A stretch of DNA of 64,000 nucleotides from assembly GCA_041394025.1 (NCBI GenBank), contig JAWKJA010000002.1:787178-851177 (forward strand), given 5' to 3'. Below, piece by piece: positions 55,098-63,643 of the stretch. The notes under the pieces were generated by a model. It was given only the letters and a program-made list of their open reading frames with translations. It did no database searches and had not been told where the DNA came from. A program made the position numbers and the translations under genes. This DNA is from Acidimicrobiia bacterium (GTDB lineage: Bacteria > Actinomycetota > Acidimicrobiia > IMCC26256 > JAOSJL01). Every line of letters starts with the position of its first letter. The first letter of the stretch is position 1.

Positions 55098-55966
55098 CCG
55101 GTCGGCGTCTCCAGCGGGCGGATGAGGCCCTCCTGGATGACCGTGACGACGAGATCACCGCCCTGGGTGTAGAGGAACCCTTCGGCGATGCCGCGCGCCC
55201 CGGACGCCGAGGGCGTCTTCTGGTGGTAGAGGAGCCACTCGTCGGCGCGGAACGGCCGGTGGAACCACATCGCATGGTCGAGGCTGGCGATCTGGTATCC
55301 GCCCGAGGCCGACGACATGTCGTGTGGCAGCATCGCCGTGTCGAGGAGCGTGAAGTCGGACGCGTACGTCACCACGCACTCGTGGATGAAGCGCTCGTCG
55401 GGGAGGTCGCCGTCGGCACGGATCCACACGAGCTGCTCAGCGCCCCGGGGGCTGGGATCGAGCCACGGTGGCTCGGCGCAGTGACGCGAGTCGATCGGGC
55501 GGTCGCGCTCGGCCCACTCGTCGAACTCGGGCCCGAACCTGTCGCGATGGCGTTCGAGACGTTCGCCGAATGTCGGAAGCGACTCGGGGTCAGGAGCCTC
55601 GGGCGCCTCGTACTGGTGTTCGGGACCGACCTCACGGATCTGGAACGACGCCTGGAGGTTGAAGATGGCCCGGCCGTGCTGGATCGCGACGACACGTCGA
55701 GTGGTGAAGCTACGCCCGTCGCGAAGCCGGTCGACCTCGTAGACGATGGGAACTTCGGGATCACCCGGTCGGAGGAAGTACGCGTGCAGCGAGTGCACGT
55801 CGCGCTCGGGCTCCACGGTACGACCGGCCGCGACCAGCGCCTGGCCCGCCACCTGCCCACCGAACACTCTCTGCGTGTCCTCATCGGGACTGCGACCCCG
55901 AAACAGGTTGACCTCGAGCGCCTCTACATCGAGCAGCGCCAACAACGTGTCGAGCGCGGTCCCCAT
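55094..55966 (-). CDS. tesB: Acyl-CoA thioesterase II
   Basis: 290 aa double hot-dog. LFRG.S......RVFGGQVAGQAL, HSLHAYFLRPGD, DRLRDGRSFTTRRV, SLDHAMWFHR. Confidence 0.9.
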   Translation of the reverse strand: MGTALDTLLALLDVEALEVNLFRGRSPDEDTQRVFGGQVAGQALVAAGRTVEPERDVHSLHAYFLRPGDPEVPIVYEVDRLRDGRSFTTRRVVAIQHGRAIFNLQASFQIREVGPEHQYEAPEAPDPESLPTFGERLERHRDRFGPEFDEWAERDRPIDSRHCAEPPWLDPSPRGAEQLVWIRADGDLPDERFIHECVVTYASDFTLLDTAMLPHDMSSASGGYQIASLDHAMWFHRPFRADEWLLYHQKTPSASGARGIAEGFLYTQGGDLVVTVIQEGLIRPLETPTG

Positions 55967-55993
55967 GGCGTCTCCGTTCCTCGGCGGTCGTCG

Positions 55994-57022
55994 TCAGCCG
56001 AAGAAGACTTCGGCCACGTCGAAGAGGTCGTCGTCGACCGTCTTGAGGGTCCCGACGGCCTCACCGATCGGCACGAGGTTGATGTCGGAACCCTGGAGCG
56101 CCACCATCGTCCCGAACTCGCCGTGCTCCACCGCATCGATCGCCGCGACCCCGAAGCGGGTCGCGAGCACCCGGTCGTAGGCCGTGGGTGTCCCGCCCCG
56201 CAGAACGTGGCCCAGGATGGTCTCGCGCGTCTCGAAGCCGGTCCGGCTCTCGATCTCCTCCCGTACGGTCGTGCCGATTCCACCCAGGCGCACGTGGCCG
56301 AAGGCGTCACGCTCGCCTTCCTGGACGACGAGGGTGCCCTCCTTGGGAACGGCGCCCTCGGCCACGACCACGATCGAGAAACTCGAGCCGCTCCGGTGTC
56401 GGTGGCGGATCCGGTCGCAGACCTCGTCGATGTCGAAGGGCCGCTCCGGGATGAGGATCACGTCGGCTCCCCCGGCCATCCCCGAGTGCAGCGCGATCCA
56501 GCCGGCGTGGCGTCCCATCACCTCTACGACCATCACCCTGTCGTGGCTCTCGGCGGTCGTGTGCAGCCGGTCGATGGCGTCGGTGGCGATCTGAACCGCC
56601 GTCTGGAACCCGAAGGTGTAGTCGGTACCCGACAGGTCGTTGTCGATGGTCTTGGGCACTCCTACGACCGACACGCCTTCCTCGGACAGCTTGGCGGCGA
56701 CCCCGAGCGTGTCCTCCCCCCCGATCGGGATCAACGCGTCGATCCTGTCGCGCTCGAGAGACGCCAGGACACGCTCGACGCCATCGTCCTCGTTGTAGGG
56801 GTTCGTGCGCGAGCTGCCGAGCATCGTCCCGCCGAGTTGCAGGATGCCGCGCGTGCTCGTCACCGTGAGGTCCTCGGTCGTCCCGTCGAGGACCCCACGC
56901 CATCCGTAACAGAAACCGATGACGTTGTGGCCGTAGACCCCTTCGCCCTTCCGCACGACGCCGCGGATCACCGCGTTGAGGCCCGGACAGTCCCCACCAC
57001 CGGTCAGCATTCCCACCCTCAT
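55994..57022 (-). CDS. pfkA: 6-phosphofructokinase (ATP- or PPi-dependent not resolved)
   Basis: ATG at 57022 preceded by GGAGG. MRVGMLTGGGDCPGLNAVIRG, IGGEDTLG, PKTIDNDL, MGRHAGW. 342 aa. The ORF-maximal GTG at 57046 is unlikely. Confidence 0.9.
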   Translation of the reverse strand: MRVGMLTGGGDCPGLNAVIRGVVRKGEGVYGHNVIGFCYGWRGVLDGTTEDLTVTSTRGILQLGGTMLGSSRTNPYNEDDGVERVLASLERDRIDALIPIGGEDTLGVAAKLSEEGVSVVGVPKTIDNDLSGTDYTFGFQTAVQIATDAIDRLHTTAESHDRVMVVEVMGRHAGWIALHSGMAGGADVILIPERPFDIDEVCDRIRHRHRSGSSFSIVVVAEGAVPKEGTLVVQEGERDAFGHVRLGGIGTTVREEIESRTGFETRETILGHVLRGGTPTAYDRVLATRFGVAAIDAVEHGEFGTMVALQGSDINLVPIGEAVGTLKTVDDDLFDVAEVFFG

Positions 57023-57148
57023 GAAACCCTCCTCGAACTGACGCACCCGTCGTCATCCTGTGCGCCGGTAGGGTGGCCTGCCGACGGCAGACTGCCCATC
57101 GTAGACCTGCGCCGGGCAGACCCACTTCGGACGTATCGGGAGATCGTG

Positions 57149-58663
57149 ATGGGTGTGGTTCTCGCCATCGATGCCGGCACGACAGGTGTCCGCACGATGG
57201 CGGTCGGCTCCGACGGCCGCCCGGTCGCTGCTGCTCACCGCGAGTTCCCGCAGTACTTCCCCGAGCCCGGGCGGGTGGAGCACGACGCCGACGAGATCTG
57301 GGAGGCCACCGTGGGCACGCTCGCCGAGGTCGTGGCGGTTCTCGACGAGCAGGGCGAGACGGTTGCGGCCCTGGGGATCACGGACCAGCGGGAAACCACG
57401 GTGCTGTGGGACACCGCCACGGGACAGCTCCTCCATCGTGCCATCGTGTGGCAGGACCGCCGCACGGCCGGTCGCTGTGACGCCCTGAAGGCCGACGGCC
57501 TCGAGCCCACGGTGCGGGCCCTCACGGGGCTGGTCCTGGACCCCTACTTCTCGGGGTCGAAGGTGGAGTGGCTTCTCGGCCCCGGCGGCGTCGAGGTCAC
57601 GCCCACGACGGCCTTCGGGACCGTCGACTCCTGGCTCCTGTGGAAGCTCACGGGCGGCCCCGACGGCGGCGTGCACGCGACGGAGCCGTCCAACGCCTCG
57701 CGCACGATGCTGTTCGACATCTCCACGCTCGGCTGGTCCGAGCGGATGTGCGACACCTTCGGCGTTCCCGCCTCGATCCTTCCCGAGGTCCTCCCGTCGA
57801 GTGGTCGCTTCGGCACGACCGACCCGGCGTCGGCCGCAGGTCTCACCGTTCCCGTGAGCGGGATCGCCGGCGACCAGCAGGCCGCTCTGTTCGGTCAGGC
57901 CTGTTTCGAGCCGGGCATGACAAAGAACACCTACGGTACCGGCTCGTTCGTCCTGATGAACCTGGGATCGACGCTCCCCGACCCGGTCGACGGCCTCCTC
58001 ACCACCGTGGCGTGGGACCTCGGTGAGCACGGTGGAGGGGCCGACGTCTCCTACGCGATGGAGGGCGCCATCTTCGTGACAGGCGCCGCCGTCCAGTGGC
58101 TGCGCGACGGCCTCGGCATCATCTCCGACGCCGCGGAGACCGGCCCGCTCGCGGAGTCGGTCGACGACACGGGCGGCGTCTACGTCGTGCCCGCGTTCAC
58201 CGGGCTCGGATCCCCCCATTGGGATCCGTTCGCGCGGGGCACGATCGTCGGGCTGAGCCGTGGCACCACGACGGCGCACATCGCGCGCGCCGTCGTCGAG
58301 TCGATGGCGTTCCAGACACTCGACGTCGTCGAAGCCATCACCGCCGCGAGCGGCACGCAGCCGTCGGAACTCCGGATCGACGGTGGCGCCAGCGTGATGG
58401 ACCTGTTGGGCTCCTTCCAGGCCGACGTGCTCGGGCTCCCCGTCCGACGTGCCGCCGTCGCGGAGACCACCGCGCTCGGCGCCGCCTACCTGGCGGGAAT
58501 CGCCGAAGGGGTGTGGAGCGACCGGGCCGAGGCGGCGGCGGCCTGGCGTGCGGACGCCGTCTTCGAGCCCTCGGGAGACCCGGAAGCGGTCGCAGCGTCG
58601 GTCGAGCAGTGGCACAGAGCGGTGGAGCGGTCGACGGGGTGGGCCCGGAGCGGGCCCGACTGA
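57149..58663 (+). CDS. glpK: Glycerol kinase
   Basis: ATG at 57149 preceded by GGGAG. LAIDAGTTGVR, ITDQRETTVLWD, VWQDRR, GIAGDQQAALFGQ, KNTYGTGSF. 504 aa. The 642 upstream codons of the same open frame are antisense shadow of tesB and pfkA. Confidence 0.93.
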   Translation: MGVVLAIDAGTTGVRTMAVGSDGRPVAAAHREFPQYFPEPGRVEHDADEIWEATVGTLAEVVAVLDEQGETVAALGITDQRETTVLWDTATGQLLHRAIVWQDRRTAGRCDALKADGLEPTVRALTGLVLDPYFSGSKVEWLLGPGGVEVTPTTAFGTVDSWLLWKLTGGPDGGVHATEPSNASRTMLFDISTLGWSERMCDTFGVPASILPEVLPSSGRFGTTDPASAAGLTVPVSGIAGDQQAALFGQACFEPGMTKNTYGTGSFVLMNLGSTLPDPVDGLLTTVAWDLGEHGGGADVSYAMEGAIFVTGAAVQWLRDGLGIISDAAETGPLAESVDDTGGVYVVPAFTGLGSPHWDPFARGTIVGLSRGTTTAHIARAVVESMAFQTLDVVEAITAASGTQPSELRIDGGASVMDLLGSFQADVLGLPVRRAAVAETTALGAAYLAGIAEGVWSDRAEAAAAWRADAVFEPSGDPEAVAASVEQWHRAVERSTGWARSGPD

Positions 58664-58673
58664 CCTCGAACCC

Positions 58674-59420
58674 TCAGGACGCCATCTCCGATGTTGCCGG
58701 CACGTGGCCGTGCCCGTTGCCGGCGTGATCGGGCAGCGGCGTGACCGTGGCCGGCTCGGCGGGGATGTCCTCGGCCGTGCGGGTGGCGTAGCTGTCGTCG
58801 TACTCGTAGCCGGTGAGCTCGCGGATCTCGAACATCACCTCGTCGGCGATCTGGCGGCACACCATCCGGTCGTCGCCGCGTTCGCGGTAGCGCTCGGGGT
58901 CGAGTGGCGTCCCGAAGCGGATCGTGACGGTCCGGAAGATGTGCGGGATCTTCCTGTCGACCGGCTGGATCTCGTCGGTGCCGATCAGCCCGACGGGAAC
59001 GACCGGCGCTCCGGTGGAGAGAGCCAGGCGGGCGAAGCCGGTGTGCCCACGGTGCAGGAGGCCGTCGCGTGAGCGGGTTCCCTCCGGGTAGATCCCGAAG
59101 ACCCCACCGTCCTCGAGCACCTCGGCGGCCGAGTCGAGCGCGCGCTGGCTGGCGCTGCCCCCCTCCCGGCGGATGGGGATCTGGCCGACGCCCCGGAAGA
59201 ACCACGCCGTCTTCGGGTCGTCGAAGTAGTCGGCCTTGGCCACGAAGGTGACCCGGCGCCGCACGAGGAGCGGGATGAAGATCGAGTCGAGGAAGGACCG
59301 GTGGTTGGAGGCCAGGATCACGGCGCCGCTCGCGGGCACGTTCTCGGCCCCCTCCACCCTGATGCGGTAGCAGAACCGCAGGACGGGGTTGAGGATCGCC
59401 TTGATGATCCAGTAGAGCAC
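58674..59420 (-). CDS. plsC: 1-acyl-sn-glycerol-3-phosphate acyltransferase
   Basis: GTG at 59420 gives VLYWIIKAILNPVLRFCYRIRVEGAENVP, the usual actinobacterial PlsC N-terminus. NHRSFLD (NHx4D), YPEGTRS. 248 aa. The longer ORF would overlap the aminotransferase. Confidence 0.85.
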   Translation of the reverse strand: MLYWIIKAILNPVLRFCYRIRVEGAENVPASGAVILASNHRSFLDSIFIPLLVRRRVTFVAKADYFDDPKTAWFFRGVGQIPIRREGGSASQRALDSAAEVLEDGGVFGIYPEGTRSRDGLLHRGHTGFARLALSTGAPVVPVGLIGTDEIQPVDRKIPHIFRTVTIRFGTPLDPERYRERGDDRMVCRQIADEVMFEIRELTGYEYDDSYATRTAEDIPAEPATVTPLPDHAGNGHGHVPATSEMAS

Positions 59421-59487
59421 GAAAGCGAGCCTAGGCGACGTGGCGGCCGCGGCGGGAGGGAGCCCGCGAGGCGGCCCACGTACCCGG

Positions 59488-60663
59488 TCAGCCCAGCTTC
59501 GTGAGCGCGCGGCGGATCTGCCGCACGGCCTGGTTGATCCGCTGTTCGTTCTCGATGAGCGCGAACCGCACGTAGCCCTCCCCACCGGGCCCGAACCCGA
59601 CACCCGGTGACACCGCCACCTTGGCGTCCTTGACCAGCATGACGGCGAACTCGAGACTTCCCATCTCCCGGTAGGGCTCGGGGATCGGGGCCCACACGAA
59701 CATCGTCCCGTGCGGGGCCTCGAGCGGCCAGCCGGCCCTGTTGAGCCCGTCGCACAGGGTGTCGCGCCGTCGCCGGTACACGGCGTTGATCTCCCGGGGG
59801 TACTCCGGCGCCTCGTTCATCGCCACGGTGGCGGCGATCTGGATCGGTTGGAAGCTCCCGTAGTCGAGGTACGACTTCAGCTTGGCGAGCGCGGCGACCA
59901 TCTCGGGGTTGCCGAGCGCGAAGCCCATGCGCCACCCCGCCATCGAAAACGACTTCGTGAGCGTGTAGAGCTCGACGGCGACCTCCTTGGCACCGTCGAC
60001 CTGGAGGATCGACGGGGGTGAGTGGTCGTCGAAGCCGAGGTCGGCGTATGCGAAGTCGTGTACGAGCACGATGTCGCGTTCGGCCGCGAACTCGACCATG
60101 TCGCGCATGAAGTCGAGATCCACGCACGCGGTCGTGGGATTGTGCGGGAACGACAGCACGATGACGCGGGGGCGTGGCCACGACTCCTCGTAGCCCGACT
60201 TCAGGTTGGCGAGGAAGTCCTCGTCGGGGCCGAGGCGCACCTGGCGCACGTCGGCGCCCGCGAGCACCGGACCCCAGATGTGGATCGGGTACGACGGGCT
60301 GGGGACGAACGCCACGTCGCCGGGCGCGACGAGCGTCCACATGAGATGGGAGAAACCCTCCTTGGCCCCGATCGTGGCGCAGACCTCGGTGTCGGGATCG
60401 AGATCGACGTCGAAGAGGCGGCGGTAGCGGTCGGCCACGGCCTGACGGAGCTTCGGGATCCCACGGCTCTGGGAGTACCGGTGGTTGCGCCCGTTGCGGA
60501 CGGCCTCCGCCAACTTCTCGACGGCGACGTCGGGCGACGGGATGTCGGGGTTCCCGAAGCCCAGGTCGATGATGTCGTGGCCGGCGCGCCGGCCCTCCAC
60601 CTTGAGCGTGTCGATGGTCGTGAAGACGTAGGGCGGTAGGTCGCCGATTCTCCGGAACTCCAT
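59488..60663 (-). CDS. alaC: Class I PLP aminotransferase, AlaC/YfdZ-like (probable glutamate-pyruvate aminotransferase)
   Basis: ATG at 60663. Collinear with E. coli AlaC as I recall it: LPPYVF, GNPD, SRGIP.LR.A....Y, SPSYPIH, SFPHNPT, LTKS..MAGWR.GF, SPG.GFG..G..YVRFALIEN. 391 aa. Confidence 0.8.
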   Translation of the reverse strand: MEFRRIGDLPPYVFTTIDTLKVEGRRAGHDIIDLGFGNPDIPSPDVAVEKLAEAVRNGRNHRYSQSRGIPKLRQAVADRYRRLFDVDLDPDTEVCATIGAKEGFSHLMWTLVAPGDVAFVPSPSYPIHIWGPVLAGADVRQVRLGPDEDFLANLKSGYEESWPRPRVIVLSFPHNPTTACVDLDFMRDMVEFAAERDIVLVHDFAYADLGFDDHSPPSILQVDGAKEVAVELYTLTKSFSMAGWRMGFALGNPEMVAALAKLKSYLDYGSFQPIQIAATVAMNEAPEYPREINAVYRRRRDTLCDGLNRAGWPLEAPHGTMFVWAPIPEPYREMGSLEFAVMLVKDAKVAVSPGVGFGPGGEGYVRFALIENEQRINQAVRQIRRALTKLG

Positions 60664-60714
60664 CGGGCGCACGGTACCACCGGCCTTTCGGACCGCCGTT
60701 AGGATTCGGCAGTC

Positions 60715-61425
60715 GTGACACCCGACGCCGTCCTTCTCGATGCCGGTGGCATCTTCCACCTCCCCGACCACGACATCGTCCTCGACGCGTTGGAGCGTGT
60801 CGGCGTCGCGGTCGACCCCGAGCTGCTCGACAGGGCGCACTACGCGGGCGCCGCGTGCTTTCCTCCCGACTACGAGGGGGAGCTCCCCTGGCGTGAGATG
60901 TGGGAGAGGTACCTCGCCGCCTACGTGGCCGAGCTGGAGGTCCCCGACGACCTCCGTGCGGAGGCCACGGAGCACCTGGAGAGCGAGTTCGCGACAGCGG
61001 CGATCTGGCGTCGGGTGATCCCCGGCTCGCCCGACGGGCTGCGCACGCTGGCCGACACCGGCGTTCGCCTCGGAGTGGTCTCGAACGCCGACGGCGATGT
61101 CGGCGCCCGTCTCCGGGACCAGGAGGTCCTCCAGCTCGGCCCCGGCCCGGGCGTGGAGATGGAGACCATCATCGACTCCGGTCAGGTCGGCGTGATGAAG
61201 CCCGATCCCCGGATCTTCGAGATGGCTCTCCTCGCCCTCGAGCTACCCCCCGAGAGGGTCTGGTACGTCGGCGACATGCCCGGCATCGACGTGGCCGGGG
61301 CACGCCGCGCGGGTATCGAGCCGTTCCTCATGGACCCCTACGGCTTCAACAGCCACCTCGACTGCGAGCGCGTGGTGTCGCTCCAGGATCTGGCGTCGCG
61401 CGTGTCGGGGCGCGTGCCGGGCTGA
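60715..61425 (+). CDS. HAD-superfamily hydrolase (subfamily IA-like)
   Basis: 236 aa. Motif I variant LLDAGG, motif II VVSN, motif III KPDPRIF, motif IV YVGDMPGIDVAGARRAG. Substrate unknown. Confidence 0.7.
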   Translation: MTPDAVLLDAGGIFHLPDHDIVLDALERVGVAVDPELLDRAHYAGAACFPPDYEGELPWREMWERYLAAYVAELEVPDDLRAEATEHLESEFATAAIWRRVIPGSPDGLRTLADTGVRLGVVSNADGDVGARLRDQEVLQLGPGPGVEMETIIDSGQVGVMKPDPRIFEMALLALELPPERVWYVGDMPGIDVAGARRAGIEPFLMDPYGFNSHLDCERVVSLQDLASRVSGRVPG

Positions 61426-61426
61426 G

Positions 61427-62638
61427 TCAGGCCGCCGTCGGGAGGATCTGCCGGATCACGTCCTCGCACTCGGCCTGTGTCATGAACCGCGGCACCGGGT
61501 AGTCGAGCAACGCCTCGGTGCGTGCGCGGCGGGCGAGCGAGTGGATGTCGCTCTCCCGGAGCTCGGCCAGGCGGGGATCGATGCCGACCGACTCGACGAG
61601 CGAGCGGACCGCGGCGATGAAACCGCGTGCCCTCTCCTCCGTGTCGGCGCCCTCGACGCCGATGAGGTCGGCGAGGTCGGCCAGGCGGTCCGTCACCTCG
61701 GGCAGCGAGAAATCGAGAACCGGCGCCAGGGCCACGGCGTTGGCGTGACCGTGCGGAGTGCCGTAGGTGGCACCGAGGTTGTGGGCGATGGCGTGCACGT
61801 AGCCCACGCTGGTGCGTGTGAAGGCCAATCCGCCGTAGTAGGCGGCGAGCATCATCGCCTGGCGCGCATCCTCGTCGGAACCGTCGGTGTAGGCACGCGG
61901 GAGGTACTCGAAGACCAGGCGCACCGAGGTGCGGGAGTACTCCTCGGTCTGCGCGTTCGCCGTGAGCGAGATGTAGGACTCCACGGCGTGCGTGAGGGCG
62001 TCGATGCCGGTGGCCGCCGTGACGGCCGGCGGCAGCCCGGCGGTCAGCCCCGGGTCGAGCGCCACCATCGTCGGGAGCAGCTTGGGGTCGACAACCGGGC
62101 TCTTGGCGTGGGTCACCGGGTCCGACACGACCGCGGCGATCGTCACCTCCGAGCCCGTGCCCGCCGTGGTCGGCACGGCGAACACCGGCGCAGAGCGGCG
62201 CCGGATGTGGAACTTGCCGCGCAGCCGACGCAGCGGCTTGTCGTTGGTGGCGAGAGTGGCGATCAGCTTCCCGGCGTCCATCGGCGAGCCACCCCCGACG
62301 GCGACGACGGCCTCGCACGAGTCCTCCCGGTAGAGGGCGAGGCCGGCCTCGACCTGGTCGGTCGTCGGGTCGGGCTCGACCCCGCTGTAGAGCGTGTGTT
62401 CGACTCCTGCGGCATCGAGACGGTCGGTGACCGTGCCGACAACGCCGGCACCGACGAGCCCGTTGTCGCTCACGACCAGTACGCGCCGGAACCCGCGCTG
62501 GGCGATGCTGCGGCACAGGTCGTCGACGGCGCCACTCCCGGCGAAGGTGACGGGGACCCGGTCGGGCAGGACGCGCGAGAGCAGTCGCGCGATCGGGACG
62601 AAGATCCGGTGCAGGAAGGCTTCGACGGCGTCTCGCAT
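61427..62638 (-). CDS. Iron-containing (group III) alcohol dehydrogenase
   Basis: ATG at 62638 preceded by GGAGA. VAVGGGSPMDAGK, PTTAGTGSE, and metal-ligand histidines in THAVESY and HAIAH...HG.AN. 403 aa. The 687-aa ORF is a shadow extension through the Rieske gene. Confidence 0.88.
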   Translation of the reverse strand: MRDAVEAFLHRIFVPIARLLSRVLPDRVPVTFAGSGAVDDLCRSIAQRGFRRVLVVSDNGLVGAGVVGTVTDRLDAAGVEHTLYSGVEPDPTTDQVEAGLALYREDSCEAVVAVGGGSPMDAGKLIATLATNDKPLRRLRGKFHIRRRSAPVFAVPTTAGTGSEVTIAAVVSDPVTHAKSPVVDPKLLPTMVALDPGLTAGLPPAVTAATGIDALTHAVESYISLTANAQTEEYSRTSVRLVFEYLPRAYTDGSDEDARQAMMLAAYYGGLAFTRTSVGYVHAIAHNLGATYGTPHGHANAVALAPVLDFSLPEVTDRLADLADLIGVEGADTEERARGFIAAVRSLVESVGIDPRLAELRESDIHSLARRARTEALLDYPVPRFMTQAECEDVIRQILPTAA

Positions 62639-62649
62639 CGTCGCTTCTC

Positions 62650-63603
62650 CTATCCCGCCACGGGCTCGGCGTAGAACTGCGAGGCCCACTTCCGGTAGGC
62701 CATGAACGGTCCGTCGGTGTCGATCAGCAGCGGCTTCTCGAGGTGGGCCTTGTGCTCCCAGATGGGGATGTCCTCGGTGAGCTGTTTGTTGATCTCGGCC
62801 ACGAAGGCGTCGGCCATCACCGAGTCGAGTCTCTCGTCGCCGGTCTTCTTGACCTTGAAGTTGAACCGCTGCTCGACCGTCTCGGCGTCGATGGGGGTGG
62901 CGCAGCCGAGCAGGCACGCCTGCACGACCCCGGGCATGTCGAAGCGGACCTCCGAGAAGCCCGGCCCGGTGGCGTAGGAGTCGATGCGGCCGTTCACGAC
63001 GCCCTGCGGCGTCACGTACTTCTGGGCCGACAGCATCCGCGAGGTCGGGCCGTCGGTGACGTACTCCTCGCACTCCGCCACCTCGTCGGTTCCGTGCACG
63101 TAGCGGAAGTGGGCCGGGTCGACGCTGTTCTCGCCCATCTCCTGGATGGCGGTCTTGATCGTGTACGACGATCTGTAGAAGTCGGTGTAGTCGTCGGTGT
63201 TGATGTCGTCGACGACAGGTACGTCGAACGTGGGCTCGGTGCCGTGGGGGTGGTACCACGCCATGATGAGCCCGTTGCGTTCGACGACGGGAAGATCGGC
63301 GAGCCTCGCCTGCTTGTTGATCCGCTCGCTGTAGGGCACCTCCACACATGTACCCGCTCCGTCGAAGCGCCAGCCGTGGAACGGGCACTGGATGGTGTCG
63401 CCCTCCACGCACCCGCCGTAGCCGACGTGGGCGCCGAGGTGCGGGCAGATGGCGTTCTGGAGGTGGATCTCCCCGCTGTTGTCGCGCCACAGCACGAGGT
63501 CGCTGTCGAAGTAGCGCAGCGGTGTCAGCTCTCCGGGCGCCACGTCGTCGGGGTACCCGACCTGGAACCAGCCGAACGGGATCGGGAACGGGAATCGCGC
63601 CAT
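62650..63603 (-). CDS. Rieske [2Fe-2S] non-heme-iron oxygenase, alpha-subunit-only type (KshA/phthalate-family-like)
   Basis: 317 aa. Rieske motif CPHLGAH...CPFHGW. Probable mononuclear-iron ligands in ENSVDPAHFRYVHG. Substrate unknown. Confidence 0.85.
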   Translation of the reverse strand: MARFPFPIPFGWFQVGYPDDVAPGELTPLRYFDSDLVLWRDNSGEIHLQNAICPHLGAHVGYGGCVEGDTIQCPFHGWRFDGAGTCVEVPYSERINKQARLADLPVVERNGLIMAWYHPHGTEPTFDVPVVDDINTDDYTDFYRSSYTIKTAIQEMGENSVDPAHFRYVHGTDEVAECEEYVTDGPTSRMLSAQKYVTPQGVVNGRIDSYATGPGFSEVRFDMPGVVQACLLGCATPIDAETVEQRFNFKVKKTGDERLDSVMADAFVAEINKQLTEDIPIWEHKAHLEKPLLIDTDGPFMAYRKWASQFYAEPVAG

Positions 63604-63643
63604 GGTGCTCTACCCCCTCTCACTGACGTGGCAGGCGATGGGC

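Noticed and set aside
57023-57148. Short repeats in the pfkA-glpK divergent spacer (CTGCC-gac-GGCAG and two GGCAGAC copies), considered as a GlpR or sugar-regulator operator.
   Set aside because: The matches are only 5-7 bp long in GC-rich DNA and could easily arise by chance. No regulator gene is adjacent. Not strong enough to report as a site.
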